This document shows positions 1 through 9,151 of a DNA stretch of 64,000 nucleotides, in pieces. The position numbers and the translations under genes were made by a program. The DNA comes from Spirochaetia bacterium (GTDB taxonomy: Bacteria; Spirochaetota; Spirochaetia; SZUA-6; Bin103), in NCBI GenBank assembly GCA_965208575.1, contig CBDBOV010000003.1, positions 192,001-256,000 of the forward strand. The letters run 5' to 3'. The notes under the pieces are model-generated. The model did no database searches and had not been told where the DNA came from. It saw nothing but the letters and a program-made list of their open reading frames with translations. The number at the start of each line of letters is the position of its first letter. Positions within the stretch are counted from its first letter, which is position 1.

Positions 1-475
1 GCATCTGCGACAGGGCCTCCCAGGCAACCTCCAGAACGCCCTTGATCTTGTCCAGTGCCAGGCCCGGGATGCTGTGGTACAGATCCATGAGGGCGTCGAA
101 CCCGAGCGTGTGCTGTACCTCCTGTGCACCGGCTTCGAAACCCACGTTACGCACTCTTTCGATCTCTACCACCACGCCGGACGTGGTGGGCGACAGGTCC
201 GTGCACAGCCGGATGGCCATGTTGTCCTCGCTGACGCTGGTGGACTCCGAGAGGTCGGCGCCCACCCATACCCATCCGCGCTCAATCGCGAGCGGCCTGA
301 ACGAGTCGAGGAGGACCGTCTTGCCCACGCCGCGAAGTCCTGTCAGCACCATGTTTTCCAGGATGGTGGTCTGCCCGAGCAGCCGTTGGAATTCCGCGCG
401 TTCCGCTTGGCGTCCCGCCAGGTACGGGGGTGGATGACCCGCGCCAGGGCGAAACGGGTTGGTGAACTCGGCCAT
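1..475 (-). CDS. AAA/P-loop ATPase (AAA_16-like), 3' part runs off the window
   Basis: Own translation from ATG at 475: MAEFTNPFRPGAGHPPPYLAGRQAE... with Walker A GLRGVGKT; NPFxPG...LAGR is typical of this family. Not in the ORF track because it is truncated by the window edge. Confidence 0.8.
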   Translation of the reverse strand, partial: MAEFTNPFRPGAGHPPPYLAGRQAERAEFQRLLGQTTILENMVLTGLRGVGKTVLLDSFRPLAIERGWVWVGADLSESTSVSEDNMAIRLCTDLSPTTSGVVVEIERVRNVGFEAGAQEVQHTLGFDALMDLYHSIPGLALDKIKGVLEVAWEALSQM

Positions 476-638
476 ACCGGTATTTATCCCTCCGAATGAC
501 GAGAGATAAATTAATAGATAAAGATAAAATTAGTCAAGAACGTAATCAGCTCTGAATATCTCGGCCCTTGCCGCAGCAGCAGCGGTAACCAAGCACCCGC
601 CGGGTTGCAGCAGCCGGCGCAATGCCCTACGTTGCCGC

Positions 639-1643
639 ATGGCTTCCGTTCGCACCCTCCGGCCGCCCATCGATCGGCCCGTCGAGGCAGCGCGGGGTGC
701 CGAGCCGCCGACGGCGGCCGAGTTCCCCGGCTGCAAGCCGGTCCGCCTGCCGCGGGAGGATCTCGAGGACTGCGAGATCAGATTCGAGTACTGGGACACC
801 GTCTCCGAGACGGCCTGGATCTGCGATCCGGTCAGCTCTTACCACGAAGGCTCCACGCGCCTCTTGACGGGGCTGGTCAGGCTCATCGCCCAGGTACGCG
901 GGGCGCCGGTGCAGTGCCTCGGCAGCACCGACCTCACCGAGCGCGACGCCCACGGCGAGCCGCGCCTGATCATGCAGGCAGACGAGTTGGTGTACCTGCA
1001 CCCTGAGCACGCCCGGCTGCCGCGGCCGGTGCTGACGGTCGGCGAGCACGACTTCCCGGACGTGGTGCTGGAGGTGGACCACTCCACCGACGCGCGGCGG
1101 CGCAAGCTGGGGCAGTATGAGGCGTGGGGGTTCCCGGAGGTGTGGATCGAGGTGCCGCAGGCGCGCGCGCCGAGCCGGCCGCGCAGCCGGCGCTCGGGGC
1201 TTACCATCCACCTGCTGGAGGACGGCGCGTATCGGGAGGCGGCGGCGAGCCGTGCGTTTCCCGGCTGGACGGCGGCGGAGATCCACGCGGCGCTGAACGA
1301 GGAGACGTTCTCGGCGCAGACCAGCGCGGTGCTGGAGCGGGTGGGAACGGTGCTCGGAGAACGGGAAGGCACCGGCCCGGACGACGACCCGTTGCTCGGC
1401 TCGCAACGTCGCCTGAGCGAGGCGAAGGGCCACGCGAAAGGCCGGGCGGAAGGCCGGGCGGAAGGCCGAGTGGAGGGGCGCGCCGCCCTGGCGCGGGCGC
1501 TACTGGCAGCGCGCGGCATCGAGGTCTCGGCCGCATTCCCCGGCGTACCCGGGTTCGCCGAGTTGCCCGACCACGCCATCGTCGCGGCCGCCAACGCCTG
1601 CGTCAGCGAAGCCGACTTCCACCAACGTCTGCGCAGCCGGTAG
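639..1643 (+). CDS. Uma2-family (PD-(D/E)XK) putative endonuclease with GRAE-repeat C-terminal tail
   Basis: QAD...PDVVLEVD...KLGQYEAWGFPEVW motifs; tail GRAEGRAEGRVEG. Confidence 0.8.
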   Translation: MASVRTLRPPIDRPVEAARGAEPPTAAEFPGCKPVRLPREDLEDCEIRFEYWDTVSETAWICDPVSSYHEGSTRLLTGLVRLIAQVRGAPVQCLGSTDLTERDAHGEPRLIMQADELVYLHPEHARLPRPVLTVGEHDFPDVVLEVDHSTDARRRKLGQYEAWGFPEVWIEVPQARAPSRPRSRRSGLTIHLLEDGAYREAAASRAFPGWTAAEIHAALNEETFSAQTSAVLERVGTVLGEREGTGPDDDPLLGSQRRLSEAKGHAKGRAEGRAEGRVEGRAALARALLAARGIEVSAAFPGVPGFAELPDHAIVAAANACVSEADFHQRLRSR

Positions 1644-1696
1644 AAGGGACTCGCGCTGCCCGACGTGGGACGAGTTGGGCGAGCGGCAGCGCGGCG

Positions 1697-1810
1697 GGCC
1701 GATTCCAGGTGGCGGACCGGCCGTACGGACGCAGCGCTTTCTCGATGACCGTGCTCCTTCCACGGCGCGGCGTGAGCGTGGACGCCCTCGCGGCATCCCT
1801 GAATGCAGCG
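1697..1810 (+). pseudogene. Internal fragment of a serpin gene
   Basis: Translates GRFQVADRPYGRSAFSMTVLLPRRGVSVDALAASLNA, matching the serpin 'LPY...SMxVLLP' strand region; no start codon and no remainder of the gene. Confidence 0.6.
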
Positions 1811-1846
1811 CTCGCGCCGTGCCTTTCATGCACCGCGTGGACACGG

Positions 1847-2779
1847 TTACCGCCGCGCATCGGCGAGTGAGGCAGGCAGGGTGGGGCGGGTGGCGAGGGC
1901 GTCGTGGACGAGGCGTTCGACCATGGCGCGTTCTTCGCCGATCAGCGGCAGGCGCGGGGGGCGGACGCGTTCGCTGCCGAGGCCGGTGAGCTGCATGGTG
2001 AGCTTGATGTACTGCACCAGCTTGGGCCTGGTGTCGAGGTGCAGCAGCGGCATGAACCAGGAGCCGATGGCGCGCGCTTCCTGCCAGCGGCCGGCGGCGG
2101 CCAGCTCGAACAGGGCCACGCCCTCCTCCGGGAAGGCGTTGACCAGGCCGGCCACCCAGCCCACGGCGCCGAGCAGCACCGATTCCAGCACCACGTCGTC
2201 GACGCCGCAGAACAGCAGGTAGCGGTCGCCGGTCAGGTTGGCGATGTCGACCAGCCGGCGCGGATCTTCGGAGGATTCCTTGATCGCCGCGACGGTCGGT
2301 TCGGCCGCCAGCTCCACGAACATCTCCGGGGTCACGTCGACGCCGTAGGCGGGCGGGTTGTTGTAGATCATGATCGGCAGGTCGGTGGCGGCGGCAACCG
2401 TGCGGAAGTGGGTGAGGGTCTCGCGCGGGTCGCTCTTGTAGACCATGGCCGGCAGCACCATGAGCCCGGCGCAGCCGGCGGTCTGTGCCGCCTTGGCGTG
2501 GGCCGCCGCCTGCGCGGTGGTGTACTCCGATATGCCGGACAGCACCGGCACGCGGCCGTCCGCGGCGGCCACCGCCGTCTCCAGCACCAGCACCTTCTCT
2601 TCCGGACTCAGCGAAGTGTTCTCGCCGAGCGTGCCGAGCATGATCAGGCCGTGGCAGCCCGCCGCCAGCAGCCGCTGCAAGTGTGCCGCCGTGGCCTCGG
2701 GGTCGACGCTCAGGTCCTCCCGGAACTGGGTCATTGCCGCCGGGTAGACGCCGCTCCAGGCGGGCCGCAACGGAGTCAC
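1847..2779 (-). CDS. DapA/dihydrodipicolinate synthase-family lyase (probably 1-pyrroline-4-hydroxy-2-carboxylate deaminase type)
   Basis: GTLGE, YNNP and IKESS motifs; the WSGVYPA N-terminus resembles hydroxyproline-pathway deaminases. Confidence 0.85.
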   Translation of the reverse strand: MTPLRPAWSGVYPAAMTQFREDLSVDPEATAAHLQRLLAAGCHGLIMLGTLGENTSLSPEEKVLVLETAVAAADGRVPVLSGISEYTTAQAAAHAKAAQTAGCAGLMVLPAMVYKSDPRETLTHFRTVAAATDLPIMIYNNPPAYGVDVTPEMFVELAAEPTVAAIKESSEDPRRLVDIANLTGDRYLLFCGVDDVVLESVLLGAVGWVAGLVNAFPEEGVALFELAAAGRWQEARAIGSWFMPLLHLDTRPKLVQYIKLTMQLTGLGSERVRPPRLPLIGEERAMVERLVHDALATRPTLPASLADARR

Positions 2780-3027
2780 GACGCCTGCCCCGAGCGTTGC
2801 AAGCGGCCGGCGCTGCGCATGCGCCGGCGGCCACGGTGTCCGACCCCGCGCGGCGAGAGTGCGCCCGCAGTCGGACGCGCCGCCCGGTGGGCGCTTGCGA
2901 GGCGTCGCAGGCCACCGCCCGGCACGATCACGGTTGGCGCCACCGGCCCCGGCGAGAGCCGAACGAGCGTTGCTGCGCCCGGGCGGGCGGCATCGTGGAG
3001 ATACCTGTCGATCAAGGTGGTGTTCAT
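2776..3027 (-). CDS. Small 83-aa ORF (hypothetical or gene remnant) overlapping both neighbours
   Basis: AGGAG RBS; ATG overlaps the upstream stop (ATGA) and TGA overlaps the downstream GTG; MNTTLIDRYLHDAA then low complexity. Confidence 0.4.
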   Translation of the reverse strand: MNTTLIDRYLHDAARPGAATLVRLSPGPVAPTVIVPGGGLRRLASAHRAARPTAGALSPRGVGHRGRRRMRSAGRLQRSGQAS

Positions 3028-4127
3028 GCGATCTCCTGTACGGGTGTGCCGAGTATGTCGCGGTTCGGTTCGACGCCCAGGCCGGGCGCGGCCGGGGCGG
3101 CCATCGTGCCGTGTTCGCGGCGCGGCGCTCCGGCCGCCGTGCTCACCGTCACGTAGCTGTTGAAGTCGGTGGCGGCGAAGCGCAGCTCCGGCGGCGTGCT
3201 GTGCGCCAGGTGGGCGATGGCGGCGGTGATGATGTCGCCGCCCCAGCTGTCCTCGATGATCATCGGGATGCCCAGTGCCACGCACACGTCGCGGATCAGC
3301 CGCGCGCGGGTGAGGCCGCCGAACTTGCTGATCTTGACGTTGATGGCGTCCACGGCGCCGTCGGCGGCGGCGCGCTGCAGGGTGCGCAGGTCCTGCATCG
3401 TCTCGTCCAGGATGAACGGCAGCCCGGTGGCGCGGCGCACGATCAGGCACTCGTCGTAGCTCGCGCACGGCTGCTCGATGTACACCGGCAGGTCGCGGAC
3501 GGCGTGCGCCACCTGCAGCGCCTGGTGGCTGAGCCAGCCGGTGTTGGCATCGGCGATCAGCACGTCTCCGGGTTGCAGGGTTCCGGCCACGGCACGAACG
3601 CGCGCGACGTCTTCGTGCACCGGGCCGCCCACCTTGAGCTGGAAGCGGCGGTAGCCCTCGGCGCGGTAGCGGGCGACCGATTCGGCCATCTGCTCCGCCG
3701 TGCCTTGCGAGATGGCCCGGTACAGCGCGATGCTGTCGCCGAAGCGGCCGCCGAGCAGGGTGCACACCGGCTGTCCGCCCGCCTTGCCGAGCAGGTCCCA
3801 ACACGCCATGTCGAGGGCCGACTTCACGTAGGGATGGCCGGCCAGCGCCTGGTCCATGAGCCGGTTGATCACCGCCACCTGGCACGGGTCGGCACCCAGC
3901 AGCGCCGGCGCCACCTCGGCGATGCCGGCGCGGCAGCCGGCGGCATAGGCAGGCAGGTAGACCGGCCCGAGCGGACACGCTTCGCCCCAGCCGGACACGC
4001 CGGCGTCGGTGACCAGTTCCACGACGGTGGAGTCGAACACCGTCACCGACTTGCCGCCCGACCAGCGGTAGCTGCCCTCGCGCAGCGGCAGATCGACCTG
4101 GAACACGTTGACCCCGGTGATCCTCAC
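3024..4127 (-). CDS. Enolase superfamily (mandelate racemase/MLE) enzyme, cis-3-hydroxy-L-proline dehydratase-like
   Basis: VDLPLREGSYRWSGG...FDSTVV...GEACPLG; QLKVG, DAN, EQP, DE metal ligands, KISK. Confidence 0.85.
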   Translation of the reverse strand: MRITGVNVFQVDLPLREGSYRWSGGKSVTVFDSTVVELVTDAGVSGWGEACPLGPVYLPAYAAGCRAGIAEVAPALLGADPCQVAVINRLMDQALAGHPYVKSALDMACWDLLGKAGGQPVCTLLGGRFGDSIALYRAISQGTAEQMAESVARYRAEGYRRFQLKVGGPVHEDVARVRAVAGTLQPGDVLIADANTGWLSHQALQVAHAVRDLPVYIEQPCASYDECLIVRRATGLPFILDETMQDLRTLQRAAADGAVDAINVKISKFGGLTRARLIRDVCVALGIPMIIEDSWGGDIITAAIAHLAHSTPPELRFAATDFNSYVTVSTAAGAPRREHGTMAAPAAPGLGVEPNRDILGTPVQEIA

Positions 4128-4149
4128 GGCAGCTCGTTTGCGTCGGGCG

Positions 4150-6438
4150 CTAGCGGCCCGCGGCGTCGATCGCGTCCACCACCCGCGCCGCGGTCATCGG
4201 CAGCGTGGTGACGCGCGCGCCGCAGGCGTGGCGGATGGCGTTGGCGACCGCCGCGGCCGTGGCGATGACCGGTGGTTCGCCGGCGCCGCGGGCGCCGTAC
4301 GGCCCGTGATCTGACGGCACCTCCACCATCACCGCCTCCAGCTCGTGGGCCGACTGGGTGATGTTCGGAATCGCGTAATCCATCAGCGAGCCGGTAAGGA
4401 GCTGTCCGCCGTCGTCATACTCGACCGCTTCGTACAGTGCCCAGCCGAGGCCCTGCATGGCGCCGCCCATGAGCTGGCCGCCGGCGGTGAGCGGGTTGAT
4501 CGCCTTGCCCACGTCCTGCACCACCGCAAGGCGGTGCACCTGCACGGCGCCGGTCTCGTCGTCCACCTCCACCTCGGCGAGCTGAGCGCAGAACGCCGGC
4601 GAGCGCCCGCCCGGGGCGGTGCGGCCGTTGCCCTTCACCGGCGCGTACTGGCTGCCGAACTGCATGGTCTTGGCGGCGATCTCCGCCAGCGGCAGCGCGG
4701 GCGCCGGCACGCCCTTCACCCGTACCGCGCCGTCGACGATCTCCAGGTCCGCCTCGTCGGCCTCGAACTCGTTGGCGGCGATGCGCAGTGCCTGCTCGCG
4801 CGCGTCGCGTGCCGCGGCCGCCACCGCCGGGCCGACCGTGTACAGGATCTTGCTGCCGCCGCTGGCGCCCGAGTAGTAGCCCGGCTCGGTGTCGGCGCTG
4901 ACCACGCGCACCTGGTCCGGGTCGATGCCGAACACGTCGGCGGCGATCAGCGCGAAGCTGGTAGTGGTGCCGGTGAGGTCCACCGATCCGACGTGCACGT
5001 GCAGGGTGCCGTCGCGGTGCATGGTGCAGGCGGCGGTGGCACCCTCGATGCCACCCTGCCAGCCGCCGATCGCCACGCCCACGCCGCGTCCGGCCTCGTG
5101 CGCCGCCGCGCGGTCGCGCCAGATCGGATGCTGCCGGGCCCGCTTCAGTACCTGGTGCATGCCGATGTTGGGCCACGGCTGATCGTTGGCCATCGGCTCG
5201 CCGGGCCGGGAGGCGTTGCGCAGGCGCAGCTCGATCGGGTCGATGCCGAGTACGCGCGCCAGTTCGTCGAGCGTGCTCTCGAGCGCGAACGCGAGTTGCG
5301 GGTTGCCCGGTGCCCGGTAGGCGCCGGTGGAGGGCTTGTGGGTGAGCACGGCGACGCCGGAGAGGGCGAAGTTCGGGCATTGGTAGAGGCTGCCGGTGGT
5401 CGTGGCCGCACCCGAGTGCGTGGAACTGGGGAAGCAGCCGCTGTCGAACTTGTAGTCGGCGGCGATGGCGGTCAGCTTGCCGTCGGCGTCGGCGGCCAGC
5501 TTGAGCGTCGCGCGCGAGGCGGGTGCGGGAGTCGCCGCGAGCAGTTCCTCCTGCCGGGTCAGCACCAGCCGCAGCGGGGCGCCCACGGCGCGCGCGGCCA
5601 GGGCGACCAGCGGCTGGTACAGCATGAACTTGCCGCCGAAGCCGCCGCCCACCGGCATCGGCTTCACGTGCACGTCCGACTCGGCCATGCCGAGCACGTC
5701 CGCCACCTCCTTGCGCACCGCGAACTGCGCCTGCGTGCAACTCCACACCGTGACGCCGTCCACGCCCGTGTCGGGATCCACCTGAACGGCGTGCGGCTCC
5801 AGGTAGCTCTGGTGCACGATGGAGGTGCGGTAAGTGCGTTCGACCACCGCGTGCGCGGCCGCGAACGCCGCCTCCGGGTCGCCGCGCCGGAAGCTGACCG
5901 GGTTGGCCTGGTTGCTGCGCTGCGCTCCCTCCTGCTCACCGGCTACGTCGAGGCCATGGGCCGCCGCCTCCTCGTCCTCGCCCGGCATCCCCTCCGGCCA
6001 CACCAGCGGCGCGCCGTCGGCGATGGCGTCTTCCAGCGTGGCGACCGCCGGCAGCGCCGTGTAGGAGACCTCCACCGCGGGCGCCGCGTCCTCGGCGGCC
6101 GCCTCCGATTCGGCGACCACCAGCGCCACCGGCTGGCCCACGAACAGCACCCGCTCGCGCGCCAGCAGCAGGCGGGCGCGGCTGGTGGGCGCCAGGTCGG
6201 GCAGGTCGGCGGACGTGAGCACCCGTACCACGCCGGGCATCGCTTCCGCGGCGGTGGCGTCGACGCCGTCGACGCGCGCGTGCGGATAGGGACTGGTAAC
6301 GAAACGGGCGTGCAGTACGCCGGCCTGCGGCAGGTCCGCGGTGTAGCGCAACGCGCCGGTGACCCGTACTTTGCCGTCGATGAGCGGGTGCGGGCGGCCG
6401 ATCACGGAGCCGGTCGCGGGACTGGTAGCGGATGACAT
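4150..6438 (-). CDS. Xanthine dehydrogenase-family molybdopterin-binding large subunit
   Basis: GGGFGGK, AYRAPG, GQLMGGAMQGLG and GAGEP motifs; start placed at MSSATSP. Confidence 0.9.
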   Translation of the reverse strand: MSSATSPATGSVIGRPHPLIDGKVRVTGALRYTADLPQAGVLHARFVTSPYPHARVDGVDATAAEAMPGVVRVLTSADLPDLAPTSRARLLLARERVLFVGQPVALVVAESEAAAEDAAPAVEVSYTALPAVATLEDAIADGAPLVWPEGMPGEDEEAAAHGLDVAGEQEGAQRSNQANPVSFRRGDPEAAFAAAHAVVERTYRTSIVHQSYLEPHAVQVDPDTGVDGVTVWSCTQAQFAVRKEVADVLGMAESDVHVKPMPVGGGFGGKFMLYQPLVALAARAVGAPLRLVLTRQEELLAATPAPASRATLKLAADADGKLTAIAADYKFDSGCFPSSTHSGAATTTGSLYQCPNFALSGVAVLTHKPSTGAYRAPGNPQLAFALESTLDELARVLGIDPIELRLRNASRPGEPMANDQPWPNIGMHQVLKRARQHPIWRDRAAAHEAGRGVGVAIGGWQGGIEGATAACTMHRDGTLHVHVGSVDLTGTTTSFALIAADVFGIDPDQVRVVSADTEPGYYSGASGGSKILYTVGPAVAAAARDAREQALRIAANEFEADEADLEIVDGAVRVKGVPAPALPLAEIAAKTMQFGSQYAPVKGNGRTAPGGRSPAFCAQLAEVEVDDETGAVQVHRLAVVQDVGKAINPLTAGGQLMGGAMQGLGWALYEAVEYDDGGQLLTGSLMDYAIPNITQSAHELEAVMVEVPSDHGPYGARGAGEPPVIATAAAVANAIRHACGARVTTLPMTAARVVDAIDAAGR

Positions 6439-6821
6439 CTCTGCCGCGCAGCATAGCGCGTTTCCCGCGTCAGCCTCCAGGAGGCGGCCCAGCGGGTCCA
6501 GCGGGCGCGATTGCCGCAAGCGGCACCGAGCGTTGCCACGATGGCACGGCTACCTTACCGGCTCGATGACTCGCCGTGAGTTGTCCGATCCGCGGTCCGC
6601 CGCGCCCGGCATCGGCCGCACGGCGGCGCGCGGATGTCCGGCTCGGTATCCCCTCGCGGCGCCCGCCGGTGTACACTCGCCGCGAACGGCGCCGCCGCCC
6701 CGGCCGGAAACCGGCACCGGCAACGGCAACGGCTCAAGGAGACTCTTCATGCCTACCGCTCGCGGATGTCGGCGCCCACGGGATGCCGGCGGCGGAGTGT
6801 GGGACGCGGCGTAGTGGCCGG

Positions 6822-8444
6822 TCACGCTTGCGCGGCCGCCAGCAGGGCCGCGATCTCATGGTGGCCGCGGCGCTGCGCCCAGGCCGGTGCCCTGGCCCAC
6901 GCCGGGACCGAGGGCGGTTCGCGCGGCCCGCGTTGGTCAAGCAGGAACTGCACGAACTCGCGCTGCCCGGTGCGCGCCGCCCAGCCCAGCGGCGTGGAAC
7001 GGAACTCCTCGTCGACCGCGTCGAGTTCGGCGCCAAACTCCAGGAACAAGCGCGCGGCGTCGACGTCGCCGCTGCCGGCCTGGTGGTGCAGCGGGCGGAT
7101 CTGCTGCCAGTTGGGCAGGTTGGGGTCCATGCCGTGCTCCAGCAGCAGCCGCGCCAGCGGCAGCGAGCGCCACAGGTAGGTCTGGCAGTAGGTGACTGTC
7201 GCCGGCACGCGCAGGCCGCGCGCCAGCAGCAGGCGCAGCAGCCCTTCGTGCCCCGCCGCCACGCAGTGGGTAAAGCCCACCTCCGCCGCCGCCTCGTCGA
7301 ACATCTCCGGCCGCGCGTCGAGCAGCGCCGCGATAGTGTCGATGTCGCCGCGGTGGAAGTGCGCCGCCAGCCCCAGGCGGCCGCCGTAGCGGTACAGCAG
7401 CGCGCGCAGATCGGCATCCTCGGCGGCGAAGGTGGGTGTGCCGGAGGACTCCACCTCGGCGTTGGGGTCGGCGCCGGCTTCCAGCAGCAGCTCGGCGATG
7501 GCGCGATGGCCGTGGCGAACCGCCGCCCACAGGGCAGAGCCGCGCGGGCAGTTCGGACCCTCGCGGAGGTTGGGGTCGGCGCCGGCCTCCAACAGCAGCC
7601 GTACGATGCGCTCGTGTCCACGCTCGGCGGCGGCCGAGAGAGCTCGCTTGCCGCACTCCTCGGGCCGGTCGGCTGTCCCGGCACCACCACCGAGCAGCTC
7701 TTCCACACGCGCCGCGTCGCCCAGGGCGGCGGCGACCGTTATCGAGTGCTCGGCGCCACGGTCGAGCAGGTGGCGCGCCATGGCGTAGTCGTTGCGCTGT
7801 CCCCAGTAGGGGTTGTGCCACAGGGCCAGCACCACGGGCCGAAAGCCGCCGCCGCCGATGCGGTCGTCGCCGCCGAATCCGGGCGTGTCGACGCCGGCGC
7901 CCGCGCCGAGCAGCAGGTCCACGAGGTCGCGGCGGCCCGCCTCCACGGCGTAGTGCAGCGGCCGGCGGCCCAGGTGGTCGCCGCGGTTGGCAAGCTGGTG
8001 GTCGGTGTCCAGCAACCGCTCCACGGTGGACACGTCGCCGGCCGCCAGCGCGGCGTGGATCGGGTGGCGGGTTCCTGCCGACGCCAGCCGGCTGGCCAGT
8101 TCACGGCGCAAGTAGCCGGCGACTTGGTCCTGCCCTCGGTCCTCGGCCATCTGCAGCAGGGTGTCGTTGCCGTACAGCGCGTTACGGTGGGTCAGGTCGG
8201 CGCCGGCGGCCACCAACAGGCGCACCGCCTCCAGGTGCCCCTCGCGGACCGCGAAGTGCAGCGGCGGCATGTACCAATAGGCCGCGTTGACCAGGGTGGG
8301 GTCGCGTTCCAGCGCGTCGCGCAACGCCCCGGTATCGCCCGCCCGGGCGGCGGTCAGCACCTCCCAGGTCGCCATGCCGCGACCGCCCTCGAACTCGCGC
8401 GGCTTGATGAGCAACGGTCCGCTCGCGGCGGGCATGGCGCTCAT
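6822..8444 (-). CDS. Ankyrin-repeat protein
   Basis: Multiple PLHxAxxxGHxxxVxLLLxxGAD repeats. Confidence 0.9.
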   Translation of the reverse strand: MSAMPAASGPLLIKPREFEGGRGMATWEVLTAARAGDTGALRDALERDPTLVNAAYWYMPPLHFAVREGHLEAVRLLVAAGADLTHRNALYGNDTLLQMAEDRGQDQVAGYLRRELASRLASAGTRHPIHAALAAGDVSTVERLLDTDHQLANRGDHLGRRPLHYAVEAGRRDLVDLLLGAGAGVDTPGFGGDDRIGGGGFRPVVLALWHNPYWGQRNDYAMARHLLDRGAEHSITVAAALGDAARVEELLGGGAGTADRPEECGKRALSAAAERGHERIVRLLLEAGADPNLREGPNCPRGSALWAAVRHGHRAIAELLLEAGADPNAEVESSGTPTFAAEDADLRALLYRYGGRLGLAAHFHRGDIDTIAALLDARPEMFDEAAAEVGFTHCVAAGHEGLLRLLLARGLRVPATVTYCQTYLWRSLPLARLLLEHGMDPNLPNWQQIRPLHHQAGSGDVDAARLFLEFGAELDAVDEEFRSTPLGWAARTGQREFVQFLLDQRGPREPPSVPAWARAPAWAQRRGHHEIAALLAAAQA

Positions 8445-8612
8445 CCGTCCTCCTCCACGGTCCCAGAGGCGCGCGGGTCGGTGGGACCGGCGCCGACGCG
8501 TCGCACCAACCCACGGGCTTCCAGCCAGTGGAGGTAGTGCAGCACGCGTGGACGCGAATGCCCCGCCAGATCGATCAACTCCCCGGTACGCAACCTGCCG
8601 GCCTCTCGATTA
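8441..8612 (-). pseudogene. C-terminal winged-HTH remnant of a regulator/ATPase gene
   Basis: LRTGELIDLAGHSRPRVLHYLHWLEARGLVRRVGAGPTDPRA resembles wHTH tails ending in 'G..DPR'; no upstream gene body. Confidence 0.45.
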
Positions 8613-8671
8613 CTTATAGTAGCGTTGTGCGCCGATTGACCAGCGCTCCGGTGCGCCCGTAGGGTAGGGCC

Positions 8672-9151
8672 GTGCCAGAATCGATCAACATATCCGCTAC
8701 CGTAAATGGCCGGCGTTGCGAGCGCTCCGTGCAGCCGCGCACCCTGCTGGTGCACTTTCTGCGCGACGAACTGGGCCTGACCGGCAGCCATGTCGGCTGC
8801 GAGACCAGCTTGTGCGGCGCCTGCACCGTGCTGGTGGACGGCGCCGCCTCCAAGGCGTGCACGCTGCTGGCGGCGCAGGTAGATGGCCGCTCGGTGACCA
8901 CCATCGAAGGCCTCGCTCAGGACGGCGCCCTGCATCCGGTGCAGGAACAGTTGTGGCACCATCACGGCGTGCAGTGCGGTTACTGCACCTCCGGCATGGT
9001 GCTTGCCGCCGTCGCGTTGCTGGAGCGCGAACCGAGTCCCACCGACGCGCAGATCCGCGCCGGCCTGAAGGGCAACCTGTGCCGCTGCACCGGCTATGCG
9101 AACATCGTCGAAGCAGTCCACGCCGCGGCTGCAGCCCTGGCGGAGCGCTGA
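8672..9151 (+). CDS. 2Fe-2S subunit (CoxS/CutS-like)
   Basis: [18 protein letters not shown] and NLCRCTGY motifs. Confidence 0.93.
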   Translation: MPESINISATVNGRRCERSVQPRTLLVHFLRDELGLTGSHVGCETSLCGACTVLVDGAASKACTLLAAQVDGRSVTTIEGLAQDGALHPVQEQLWHHHGVQCGYCTSGMVLAAVALLEREPSPTDAQIRAGLKGNLCRCTGYANIVEAVHAAAAALAER

